From Acidobacteriota bacterium (GTDB lineage Bacteria; Actinomycetota; Acidimicrobiia; Acidimicrobiales; Microtrichaceae), in the NCBI GenBank assembly GCA_003577145.1, contig QEUP01000016.1, forward strand, positions 964 through 64,963: a DNA stretch of 64,000 bases, written 5' to 3'. Shown one piece after another: positions 24,622-32,866 of the stretch. The position numbers and the translations under genes are program-made. The stretch's first letter is position 1. Each line of letters begins with the position of its first letter. A model generated the notes under the pieces. That model was not told the origin of the DNA, made no database searches, and saw only the letters and a program-made list of their open reading frames with translations.

Positions 24622-25611
24622 TCACTCGGTGGCGTCGGTGGCGACCAGCGCGCACCCGAGGCCCTCGGCCGGGTCGGCGATCGCCAGCTGGCACTGCCAG
24701 CCGGTCGTCGGTTCGTCGGCGTCCCACGCCCACCAATCCAGCTCCTCGGCTGCCCGGCGCAGCTCCTCTCCCGGTACCGGCCATTCGTCGGTCAGCCCGG
24801 CGACGGTCGCGAGGGTCCAGAGAGCGCCGAAGCGTCCCACTGCCATGCCGGCCCGCCGGCCGTGTGCCCCGCTGCTGGCGGCGGTCCACGCCATCACGGC
24901 CAGGGCTTCGGCCGGGTCGATGCGAACCGCCCTGGCACGCGGCGGGCCCAGCGAGGCGATGGCGCGCAGGGCGTCACCTTCGACGACGACGGCCTCGGCG
25001 CGCCCGTTGGACTGGGTGGTCCAGATCCGTGCCAGGTCGACGAGGGCGTGGACGATGTCGGGCTCGTCCAGCGGGGGAGCGGGGCCGGGCAGCTCGATGG
25101 GACGCGTTACGGGAACCGCCGGGCTGGGGAAGTCGGCCTCGTAGGGACGGTATGTCGCCAGCGGGTAGCCCGGCTCCCAGTCATGGAGCCTCGGTGCGAG
25201 GTCCATGACGTGCGGGTCGAGGGACTCGTCCTCGCTCAGATCCTCACCTCGGATGACCCGCTCGTGAGCGCAGATCGTCCGGCGCGGCCCGGCGGGCACA
25301 TGAGGGGAGAGCTCCTGCCAGGTGTGGGCGGAGGCGGCGACCTCGGTCAAGGGCCCGAGCGCGAAGTACCCGGTGCCCTCGACCAGCACCCGGCCCGCCC
25401 ACTCGGCGGGCCCCTCCAGCGCGATGCGGTACTCGGCATGCGAGGCGGCCGGCCAGAGCTGCTTGCCGCGCTCGAGCGCAGCCCGGCAGCGGTCCCGTAG
25501 ATCGAGCAGCCCGGCCCAGTCCTCATCCTCCACGAGGCGGTCGATGTGGCGCAGCAGTTCGTCGAGGTCGCCGATCTCGACCAACCGGGAGCTGTCTCTG
25601 GCCGGGCTCAT
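24622..25611 (-). CDS. conserved-looking hypothetical protein (329 aa), last gene of the SCO1664/DUF3090 operon
   Basis: The ORF 24622..26169 was trimmed to the ATG at 25611, 14 nt after the upstream stop. I recognise no motif. It is acidic and Trp-rich (ELDWWAWDADEPTTGWQC). Confidence 0.6.
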   Translation of the reverse strand: MSPARDSSRLVEIGDLDELLRHIDRLVEDEDWAGLLDLRDRCRAALERGKQLWPAASHAEYRIALEGPAEWAGRVLVEGTGYFALGPLTEVAASAHTWQELSPHVPAGPRRTICAHERVIRGEDLSEDESLDPHVMDLAPRLHDWEPGYPLATYRPYEADFPSPAVPVTRPIELPGPAPPLDEPDIVHALVDLARIWTTQSNGRAEAVVVEGDALRAIASLGPPRARAVRIDPAEALAVMAWTAASSGAHGRRAGMAVGRFGALWTLATVAGLTDEWPVPGEELRRAAEELDWWAWDADEPTTGWQCQLAIADPAEGLGCALVATDATE

Positions 25612-25625
25612 CGGTGCATCCGGTG

Positions 25626-26402
25626 TCAGACCATCGGCCACGGGACCCGCCGCCCGCCGGAGTCGACCGGATACCGGCCTTCGGAGACGAGCTTCCTGGC
25701 CCGGTGCAGCACTGCGTCCCGCTCCGCTTCGCTCAGCCAGCGCGAGACCGATTCGGGGAGCCGTTGGTCGACCAGCCTCTGCACCTCGGCCAGCAGAGCC
25801 TCCGGGATGCAGTCCCCCCCGAACTCCCAGATGACGGTCCGGAGCTTGAACTCGGAGTGGAAGCTGAGCCCGTTGTCGATGGCCCAGATCCGGCGGCGGC
25901 TGTCTAGCAGGCAGTGACCGCCCTTGCGATCGGTCTGGTTGGACAGGATGTCGAAAACGCAGATCCTCTCGAAGGCGTGGCGGTACCGGGGATCTTCGCT
26001 CAGCGTGTAGTAGTGCTGATCGAAGTCGGCGGCGATGAAGAACTGGACGGAGCCGTCGCCCAGCGGGCCCCGGCGATGGACCGTCGGGGGCACCAGGCCC
26101 CACCCCAAAGCCTCGGAGAGCTCGTAGGCGGCTATCTCGCGACGCCAGAGACCGGGTGGGAAGTCCCACAGCGGCCGCTCGCCGCGTTGGGGCTTGTAGA
26201 CAGCCATCGCGTGGTCGTCGTCGAGGTGTGCCCGTACGAGGAAGGTGCCGTTCGAGCTCCAGGGCATCCGGCCCAGGACCTCGACCTCGCCCTGTCGAAG
26301 CAGTGCCGGCGCACGACTGCTGAGAGGGTCGACGGTGGCGCTCACCTCGACCGTCCTCGGACCGAACGGGTGGTCGGTGTCGTCGGGGTCAGTCACTGCC
26401 AT
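25626..26402 (-). CDS. SCO1664 family protein (PI3/4-kinase-like fold)
   Basis: PWSSNGTFLVRA..AVYKPQRGERPLWDFP.GLWRREIAAYELS..FDILSNQTDRKGGHCL..IWAIDNGLSFH is the family pattern. It overlaps the upstream gene by 14 nt. Confidence 0.8.
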   Translation of the reverse strand: MAVTDPDDTDHPFGPRTVEVSATVDPLSSRAPALLRQGEVEVLGRMPWSSNGTFLVRAHLDDDHAMAVYKPQRGERPLWDFPPGLWRREIAAYELSEALGWGLVPPTVHRRGPLGDGSVQFFIAADFDQHYYTLSEDPRYRHAFERICVFDILSNQTDRKGGHCLLDSRRRIWAIDNGLSFHSEFKLRTVIWEFGGDCIPEALLAEVQRLVDQRLPESVSRWLSEAERDAVLHRARKLVSEGRYPVDSGGRRVPWPMV

Positions 26403-26892
26403 GGCCGTTGCTGCGGGGGCAGACGTGCCCCTCGGGGTTCATCGAGTGGCCGCAGATGGGACAGGGCGGCCGTCCGGCGGCGACAACCCGGCGGGCTCCC
26501 TCCACGAAAGCCAGCGCCTGCTCGGGACCGAGGAGGAACCTGGCGGTGGCGGCCTCTTTCTCGACGCTTTCCGGGATGAGCTCTTCGGCGACGATGACCA
26601 AGTGGTCCGACGATTCGTCGTGGCCGATCCCCAGCGTTGCCACGACCCACTCCGCGACGATGGGTTCGCGCAACTCGGGCATGGCCTCGTGTGGCGTGTC
26701 CATCATGACGCCCATCCGGGTGAGCACGCCTTGGAGGTAGTCGGCGAGGGTCGAGACCTGCTGCTTCTCGAGCCGCAGTGTCACGACGAGGTTGTCGCGC
26801 ACCGCCTGGAGGAAGAAGACGCGTGATCCGGGTTCGCCGAGCGCGCCGGTGGCGAAGTCGTCGACCTCCCCAAGGTCGAAGGAGCTGTTCAT
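26389..26892 (-). CDS. DUF3090 family protein
   Basis: Trimmed to the ATG at 26892 (ATGA overlap with the upstream stop). FDLGEVDDFATGALGEPGSRVFFLQA..LEKQQV..L, and a C-terminal CPICGHSMNPEGHVCPRSNGH cluster. Confidence 0.8.
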   Translation of the reverse strand: MNSSFDLGEVDDFATGALGEPGSRVFFLQAVRDNLVVTLRLEKQQVSTLADYLQGVLTRMGVMMDTPHEAMPELREPIVAEWVVATLGIGHDESSDHLVIVAEELIPESVEKEAATARFLLGPEQALAFVEGARRVVAAGRPPCPICGHSMNPEGHVCPRSNGHGSD

Positions 26893-27530
26893 GACACCGC
26901 CAGCGTAGAGAGATCGCCGCCCGTCGAGTTGACGGCGAGGACCACCGGTCCGGTCGTGGTGTAGAGGATCGGTGTCAACGAGCACGGTGAGATGACGATG
27001 CGCTGGAAGTGGTCGAGGTGGACGCCCAGGGCGTCGGCGACGGCGGCCTTGATCGGATCGGCGTGGGAAACCGCGACTATCGACTCGCCCCGATGATGCG
27101 CCACGAGGTCCCGCAACTGGGTGGTCACGCGAGCCTGCATCTGCGCGAAGCTCTCGCCCTGGGGGAAGCGGAAGCCGCTCGGGTAGGCCTGGACGGTCCT
27201 CCACTCCTGTCGCCGGCGCAGATCCCCCAGGCGGCGGCCGGTCCAGTCGCCGAAGTCGCACTCGTTGAGGCCCTCCCGCCGGCGGACTCGTGTCCTGGCA
27301 GCGCGGGCTATCGGCGCAGCGGTCTCGCGTGCTCGCTCGAGCGGCGAGGAGTAGACGGCGGCGATGTCGATCCCCGCCAGCCGGGCGGCCGCGGCGTCGG
27401 CTTGGCGGCGGCCGGCGTCGGCGAGGTGCAGCCCGGGTGAGCGTCCGGGCAGGACCTTGCCGGTGGTCTCGGTCCGGCCGTGGCGCACGAGCACGAGGAG
27501 GGTCGGCTTGGTCTGACGGGTCGAGGCCAT
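26889..27530 (-). CDS. histidine phosphatase family protein (MSMEG_4193-type putative phosphomutase)
   Basis: LLVLVRHGRTETTGKVLPGR carries the RHG motif. SPLERARETA and VAVSHADPIKA are the downstream His motif. Confidence 0.85.
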   Translation of the reverse strand: MASTRQTKPTLLVLVRHGRTETTGKVLPGRSPGLHLADAGRRQADAAAARLAGIDIAAVYSSPLERARETAAPIARAARTRVRRREGLNECDFGDWTGRRLGDLRRRQEWRTVQAYPSGFRFPQGESFAQMQARVTTQLRDLVAHHRGESIVAVSHADPIKAAVADALGVHLDHFQRIVISPCSLTPILYTTTGPVVLAVNSTGGDLSTLAVS

Positions 27531-27556
27531 GCCCTACTCAACGTACTCTCCTGGTC

Positions 27557-28216
27557 GTGGATTCACTGCCGCAGCTCGAGGCCGACATCGTCGCCTGTCG
27601 TCGCTGCCCGCGACTGGTCGAGTGGCGTGAGCGGATCGCACGCGAGAAGCGGGCGGCGTACCGCGACGAGGAGTACTGGGGTCGCCCCGTTCCCGGGTTC
27701 GGTGATCCAGCAGCCGCCGTCTTGGTGGTGGGCCTGGCTCCCGGTGCCCACGGCGCCAACCGCACCGGCCGCATCTTCACCGGTGACCGCTCGGGCGACT
27801 TCCTCTACTCCTCGCTCCACCGGGCGGGCCTCGCCAGTCAGGCGACATCGACCCGGCCCGGCGACGGCCTGACTCTTCACGGCGTCTTCATCACCTCACC
27901 GGTCCGCTGTGTACCCCCGGGGAACAAGCCCAGCGCCGAGGAGAGGGACCGTTGCCGACCCTTCTTCGAGAGAGAGCTGGCCCTGCTGCCGAAAGTACGG
28001 GTGATGGTCGCGCTCGGCCAGTTCGCCTACCAGTCGATCTGCACCCTGGTGGGTCTGCGTCCCCGGCCCCGGTTCGCACACGGCCTCGAGGTGGCCCTGC
28101 CCGATGGGCGCAAGGTCATCTGTTCGTACCACGTGAGTCAGCAGAACACCTTCACCGGCAGGCTCACGCCCGAGATGCTCGACGAGGTGTTCACGCGGGC
28201 GGTGCGAGCGGTCTGA
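27557..28216 (+). CDS. uracil-DNA glycosylase, family 5 (UdgB-like)
   Basis: Trimmed to the GTG at 27557. CRRCPRLVEWRE.., motif A VVGLAPGAHGANRTGRIFTGD (family-5 type, not the GEAPG of family 4) and SYHVSQQN. The start is uncertain. Confidence 0.75.
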   Translation: MDSLPQLEADIVACRRCPRLVEWRERIAREKRAAYRDEEYWGRPVPGFGDPAAAVLVVGLAPGAHGANRTGRIFTGDRSGDFLYSSLHRAGLASQATSTRPGDGLTLHGVFITSPVRCVPPGNKPSAEERDRCRPFFERELALLPKVRVMVALGQFAYQSICTLVGLRPRPRFAHGLEVALPDGRKVICSYHVSQQNTFTGRLTPEMLDEVFTRAVRAV

Positions 28217-28359
28217 GTGCGAGCGTTAGCTCCGGTTCGTCGCTGTCGGTCCATGGTTGGCTTCGTGATCGAAGCGGTGGCTGGGCACAGCGACCCATTT
28301 TCGGTCGAATAGTCCGTTTGTCTCTGGGGAGGCGACCGCAGCAGGCCGACGATGTTCAC

Positions 28360-28662
28360 ATGCATCCCCTCGAGCACCTCGACGCCTATCAGGTCACGAT
28401 TGCGCGAGGTTCCGGCAGCGCCACGACAGGGCTGTGGCCCGCACTGGCCGCGGCCGCGATGGAAGGGCAGCCACCCCGGATCGATTCGCTGCCCGCCGAG
28501 CTCTACGAGGACGATCTCGAACGTGACGAACCTGGCATGTTCGACTACGACCTGCAAGAGGCCGTCTCCCAGCGCCTGGAGCCGCGGGCCGAAGATGACG
28601 ATCTCGCCCTGGTGTTCTCCATCGACGACTACCGCCGCCTGCGCCGCGCGACCGCCGATTGA
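28360..28662 (+). CDS. small acidic hypothetical protein
   Basis: This is the distal 100 aa of ORF 27952..28662, taken from the ATG at 28360 after the UDG stop. Codon bias is acceptable, there is no clear RBS, and I recognise no family. Confidence 0.4.
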   Translation: MHPLEHLDAYQVTIARGSGSATTGLWPALAAAAMEGQPPRIDSLPAELYEDDLERDEPGMFDYDLQEAVSQRLEPRAEDDDLALVFSIDDYRRLRRATAD

Positions 28663-28811
28663 CCTTCCCCCCTTCCCCGGTCCTGTTCTCGGGTCCCTGA
28701 CGTCGCTCGGGTCCTCATCGCGAATGCGCAGGGTCAAGGGGTGGACGCGGCCCCGCTGCTGCTGATGGTTGCATCGACGGGCCTCACCCTCTCGTCCGGT
28801 AGGTTCGGGGG

Positions 28812-30383
28812 ATGTCTGTCCGGCAGCGGGCACGCTCGATCTCTGCGTCGGCCGCCGGTAGGTGGGGAGGTGTCGCTCCCTGGGTGGCAGTCGCGGCCTA
28901 TGTGCTGGTCGCGCTCGTCTACCTCGTCCGCGGCAGGATCAACTTCGACGAGGGCTGGTACCTCTACGCCGGACGGCTGGCGTACCGAGGTGAGGTCCCT
29001 TACCGGGATTTCGCCTATACCCAGACCCCGCTGCTCCCTTACGTCTACGGGCTGCCCCAGACCGTGCTCAGCTCGCTGTGGGTGGGTCGGGTCACCTCAC
29101 TGGTGCTCGCTACCGCCGGCCTGGGGATGCTGGTGGTGCTCGTCCGCCGTCTCGCCCGCCCGCTCACGGCTGTCCTCACAGCCCTGCTGGTCGCCGCGGT
29201 ACCACCCGTCGTCTATTTCCTCACGATCACCAAGACCTACGCGCTGAGCTTCGCGCTGTTCGCCGCCACGCTGCTCGCCCTCACCTCGGATCGCCCCCAG
29301 CGGGTCCGCTACCCGCTCGCAGTCGCTGCCGCCTCGGCGATGACCTTGACCCGCAGCCCCGGCGCGGGCCTGGCGGCAACGGTGTTCGTGTTCTGCCTGG
29401 TGACGGCCGAGGACGCGGTCGTGCGCAGAAACGTCGCCGTGACGGCAGCCGGCTTTGCCGCGGCACTCGTCGCCTTCATCCTCGTCGCGCCCGAATCCGC
29501 CCTGTGGAACCTCGTCGGCTACCACCAGCAGCTCTGGGAGGGCGTCGGGTACAGCACGAGGTTGAGCGACGTGCTCGGACGTCTGCCGGAGTGGTTCTCC
29601 TGGTACTCGGTGGCAGCGATCGTGATCCTGCTCGCCCTCGTGTTGGCGGCCGTGTCGCGACCGACCCGCGCCTACTGCCGCTCCCAGGGCGCCATCGTCG
29701 TGGGCGCCATCGGCGTGGTCACCTTCCTCGCCGTGCAGCTCGCCGCGAGCCAGTTCAACCCTGTGGAGTACGCGGTGCCCGTGTACCCGGTTGCTGTGGC
29801 GCTGGCTCTGGTGGTGATCGATCGCTTCCTCGTGGACGGCGAGATCGTGCTCCCTGCCACCGTGAGACGGTGGGGCGTCATCGTGCCGGCGGTGGCGATG
29901 GGTGTCGCCGGCGTGCTGCGGCTGACGCCGTCGGACTTCGTCGATCCGGCCGGCAGCGAGCTGGGCCTGACGGCGGCGGACCGGCTCGGGGATTACGTGG
30001 CCGACCACACTGCGCCCGGAGACGAGGTTCTCGCGCTGTGGCGCCAGGACGTCAACATCACCGCCGACAGTCCCGGTCCACCGGACGTGAGCGTCGGGAT
30101 CTTCTCCTACACCGACCTCTCGACAGACCGTGCCGAGTCGGTGCACTTCTTGAACCTGCCCATGCTGTTGTCGCTGCTGGAGCAGCGGCGGCCGGCTGTG
30201 GTGGTGCTGGACGAGGTGGACTGGGCGGTGCTGGAGAGGAACGGCTTCTTCAGTGCCGAGCCCGGCGACCCGGGCGCGGTGGCAGCTCTCCTCGAGGAGG
30301 GATATGAGCTGACCTACGAGCAGGAGGGGCGCTCGGGCACCGGCGACGGCCGGGTGCGGGTCGAGGTCTGGCTCCGGCGGTGA
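28812..30383 (+). CDS. GT-C fold membrane glycosyltransferase (PMT_2 / ArnT-like)
   Basis: About 11 hydrophobic segments. The first extracytoplasmic loop RGRINFDEGWYLYAGRLAYRGEVPYRDF carries the DE motif typical of GT39/GT83-type enzymes. A soluble C-terminal domain of about 130 aa follows. Confidence 0.65.
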   Translation: MSVRQRARSISASAAGRWGGVAPWVAVAAYVLVALVYLVRGRINFDEGWYLYAGRLAYRGEVPYRDFAYTQTPLLPYVYGLPQTVLSSLWVGRVTSLVLATAGLGMLVVLVRRLARPLTAVLTALLVAAVPPVVYFLTITKTYALSFALFAATLLALTSDRPQRVRYPLAVAAASAMTLTRSPGAGLAATVFVFCLVTAEDAVVRRNVAVTAAGFAAALVAFILVAPESALWNLVGYHQQLWEGVGYSTRLSDVLGRLPEWFSWYSVAAIVILLALVLAAVSRPTRAYCRSQGAIVVGAIGVVTFLAVQLAASQFNPVEYAVPVYPVAVALALVVIDRFLVDGEIVLPATVRRWGVIVPAVAMGVAGVLRLTPSDFVDPAGSELGLTAADRLGDYVADHTAPGDEVLALWRQDVNITADSPGPPDVSVGIFSYTDLSTDRAESVHFLNLPMLLSLLEQRRPAVVVLDEVDWAVLERNGFFSAEPGDPGAVAALLEEGYELTYEQEGRSGTGDGRVRVEVWLRR

Positions 30384-30453
30384 GCCCGCTGCTGCTCGGA
30401 CCGCCCTCACGGGCGATAGGGTGTGATTCCCACCCAGCGAGGAGAGTGAGGCG

Positions 30454-32394
30454 TTGGGGTACTACCTCGGAGTCGATCTAGGTACCACCTACACCGCGGC
30501 CGCGGTGTACCGGGAGGGCTCAGTGAGAGCTGTGACCCTCGGCAACCGCACGAGCGTGCTCCCGTCGGTCGTGTACCTACGTGAGGACGACAGCGTCATC
30601 GTGGGGGAGGCGGCCAACCGGCGAGCCATGAGCGACCCCGAGCGGGTGGCCCGTGAGTTCAAGCGTCGCGTGGGCGATCCCACGCCGGTGATGCTGGGCG
30701 GGAGTCCCTACGCCGCCGAGATGCTGATGGCCAAGATGTTCGGCTGGGTCGTCGATCACGTCACCCAACGCGAAGGCGGTCCGCCCAGCGCGCTGGCGAT
30801 GACACATCCGGCCAACTGGGGGGCCTTCAAGACAGACCTCCTCGATCAGGCGATCCGCCACGCCGAGCTCGACGCCATCTGTCCGGTGACCAAGCTCGCC
30901 GAGCCGGTGGCGGCGGCGATGTCGTACGCCAGCAACGAGCGGGTGGAGGCAGGTGAGATCATCGCGGTCTACGACCTGGGTGGCGGCACCTTCGACGCCG
31001 TCGTGCTCCGCAAGGACCCCGACACCTTCAGCATGGTGGGCAGCCCCGAAGGCATCGAACGGTTGGGGGGCATCGACTTCGATCAGGCCGTGTTCCAGCA
31101 TGTGGTCCGCTCGCTCGATCTCGACCTGGCAACCCTGGACGACGATCAGCTGACCATGGGCGCCATAGCCCGCTTGCGCACCGAGTGCTGCGACGCGAAG
31201 GAGGCGCTCTCGGGCGACACCGACGTCTCCATCACGGTGATGCTGCCGAAGCTGCAGACCGAAGTCCGTCTCACCCGCTCGGAGTTCGAGGCGCTCATCC
31301 GGGCACCGCTCAACGAGACGGTGGAGGTGCTCAAGCGGACCGTGCGCGGGGCTCATCTGGAGCTCGACCAGATATCGCGGATCCTGCTGGTGGGTGGCTC
31401 GTCACGCATCCCGTTGGTGGCGGAGCTGGTCGCGTCGGCCACCAATCGTCCCATAGCCATCGACGCCAACCCCAAGGACGCCATCGCCTTCGGGGCGGCA
31501 CTCGCGGCGGCTCAGCTGGGCGGCGAGAGCGACGTGGTCGACACCACCACCATGGCTGTCAACCCCGAGGTCGACGAGAAGTCGACTCCGTCCTTCAAGA
31601 CCCTGCCGGCCGCGGCGGCCGCCGCCGGGGGTTTCGCCGCAGGTGTGGCTGCCGCGGCGGCTGCCGCACCCACCCCACCGCCCGATCTCACGGCAGCCGC
31701 GGCCCCCACCCCACCGCCCGATCTCACGGCGGCTCCTCCCGCCGGGAGCGGTCAACCTGTCGGCCAGTACCGGGTGTCGGCTCCGCCACCGCAGCCCCCG
31801 ACCCAGGCGACGCAACCCGTGTCGGGCCAGACGCCGCTCACGCCCGGCTACGACACGGCCGGCTACGACACGGCCGGCTACGACACCGGCAGCTACGGCG
31901 CCCCCCCTCCGGCCAAGAAGTCTGCCAAGGTGGGCGTGATCGCCGCGGTGGTCGTGATCGCCCTCATCGGCGGGTTGGTGGTCCTGTGGGCCCTGACCCG
32001 CTCCGGCGACGAGCCCGCGTCTCCCACGTTGGAGGCCGCCGACGACACGACCACCACCGACGAGGAGACGACGACCACCGACGAGGAGACGACGACCACC
32101 GACGAGGAGACGACCACCACCGACGAGGAGACGACGACCACGACCGAGGAGGAAGATCCCTTCGCGGGTTACACCTCGTCGATCGAGAGCGGTTACATGG
32201 ACAGCTGCATGGCGGAGAACCCGGGCAACACCGACGCCGACCAGGAGTCGTACTGCCAGTGCACCTACGACAAGGTGAGCACCCAGATCCCCTTCGATGA
32301 CTTCGTCGAGTTGTCGTCGTCGGCAGATCCGACCTCGCTGCCCCCGGAGCTACAGACGATTGTCGACGAGTGCAACCAACAGGTTTTCGGCTGA
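30454..32394 (+). CDS. Hsp70/actin-fold nucleotide-binding-domain protein fused to a Pro-rich linker, a TM helix, acidic Thr-rich repeats and a 4-Cys extracytoplasmic domain
   Basis: TTG start with GAGGAG upstream. LGVDLGTTYTAAAV, AVYDLGGGTFDAVVL and LLVGGSSRIPLV are the Hsp70 phosphate and adenosine motifs. I see no substrate-binding domain. TM VGVIAAVVVIALIGGLVVLWAL, DEETTTT x4, then C..CQC..C. Confidence 0.8.
   Translation: MGYYLGVDLGTTYTAAAVYREGSVRAVTLGNRTSVLPSVVYLREDDSVIVGEAANRRAMSDPERVAREFKRRVGDPTPVMLGGSPYAAEMLMAKMFGWVVDHVTQREGGPPSALAMTHPANWGAFKTDLLDQAIRHAELDAICPVTKLAEPVAAAMSYASNERVEAGEIIAVYDLGGGTFDAVVLRKDPDTFSMVGSPEGIERLGGIDFDQAVFQHVVRSLDLDLATLDDDQLTMGAIARLRTECCDAKEALSGDTDVSITVMLPKLQTEVRLTRSEFEALIRAPLNETVEVLKRTVRGAHLELDQISRILLVGGSSRIPLVAELVASATNRPIAIDANPKDAIAFGAALAAAQLGGESDVVDTTTMAVNPEVDEKSTPSFKTLPAAAAAAGGFAAGVAAAAAAAPTPPPDLTAAAAPTPPPDLTAAPPAGSGQPVGQYRVSAPPPQPPTQATQPVSGQTPLTPGYDTAGYDTAGYDTGSYGAPPPAKKSAKVGVIAAVVVIALIGGLVVLWALTRSGDEPASPTLEAADDTTTTDEETTTTDEETTTTDEETTTTDEETTTTTEEEDPFAGYTSSIESGYMDSCMAENPGNTDADQESYCQCTYDKVSTQIPFDDFVELSSSADPTSLPPELQTIVDECNQQVFG
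31669..31730 (+). repeat. 2 copies of a 26-bp core at 36-bp period (codes PTPPPDLTAA)
   Basis: CCCACCCCACCGCCCGATCTCACGGC occurs at 31669-31694 and 31705-31730, inside the Hsp70-like gene. Confidence 0.85.
31846..31890 (+). repeat. 3 tandem 15-bp units GGCTACGACACGGCC (codes GYDTA)
   Basis: Units at 31846-60, 31861-75 and 31876-90. They are in frame within the Hsp70-like gene. Confidence 0.9.
32059..32142 (+). repeat. 4 tandem 21-bp units GACGAGGAGACGACGACCACC (codes DEETTTT)
   Basis: Units at 32059-79, 32080-100, 32101-21 and 32122-42. They are in frame, just outside the TM helix. Confidence 0.9.
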
Positions 32395-32458
32395 AGCGTC
32401 ACCAGCGGATACCTTCGATTGCCCGGTGCCACGACCCCCACATGGAGAAGCCGCCCTC

Positions 32459-32866
32459 ATGACCGGAGACTCCCGTATTGCAGCCGCGCTGGTGCTGATC
32501 GCTTTGCTGGTGCTGTCTGCCTGCACAGGTTCCAAACAGCCGACGAGCTACGACGACAAGGTCGAGGCGAACTTCGTCGGGGCCTGCACCGAACAGGGTT
32601 CCGGCGAGGACTTCTGCCAGTGCTCCTATGAGGGAATGCAAGAGACGGTCCCCTTCGACGTGTTCGCCGAGTTCGACGAAGTCCAGGCCGAGGCCGAAGA
32701 CTCCGAGCAGATAGCTGACGAGATGCCGCCTGAGATAAGGAACGTGATCAACAACTGCTCGGCCGATCCGAGCTCGGGCGGCGTCGATCCCGATCAGGCC
32801 GAAGACGGCGGTGACACGACCGGCTCCAGCGAGACGACCGAGACCTCCGAGGGTGGTGGGGGCTAG
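32459..32866 (+). CDS. lipoprotein carrying the same 4-Cys domain as the C-terminus of the Hsp70-like protein
   Basis: Trimmed to the ATG at 32459 (GGAGAAG RBS). Lipobox LVLSAC. FVGACTEQGSGEDFCQCSYEGMQETVPFDVFAEF..PPEIRNVINNC aligns with YMDSCMAEN..SYCQCTYDKVSTQIPFDDFVEL..PPELQTIVDEC. Confidence 0.7.
   Translation: MTGDSRIAAALVLIALLVLSACTGSKQPTSYDDKVEANFVGACTEQGSGEDFCQCSYEGMQETVPFDVFAEFDEVQAEAEDSEQIADEMPPEIRNVINNCSADPSSGGVDPDQAEDGGDTTGSSETTETSEGGGG

Noticed and set aside
27952-28359. The upstream two thirds of ORF 27952..28662
   Set aside because: It overlaps the family-5 UDG gene in another frame. Only the part after the UDG stop (from the ATG at 28360) is kept, as a low-confidence CDS.
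32863-32866. Shared CTAG stop-codon overlap of the convergent lipoprotein and FrhB-like genes
   Set aside because: It is real in the sequence (TAG on both strands within CTAG). It is a trivial consequence of tight packing, with no evidence of function.
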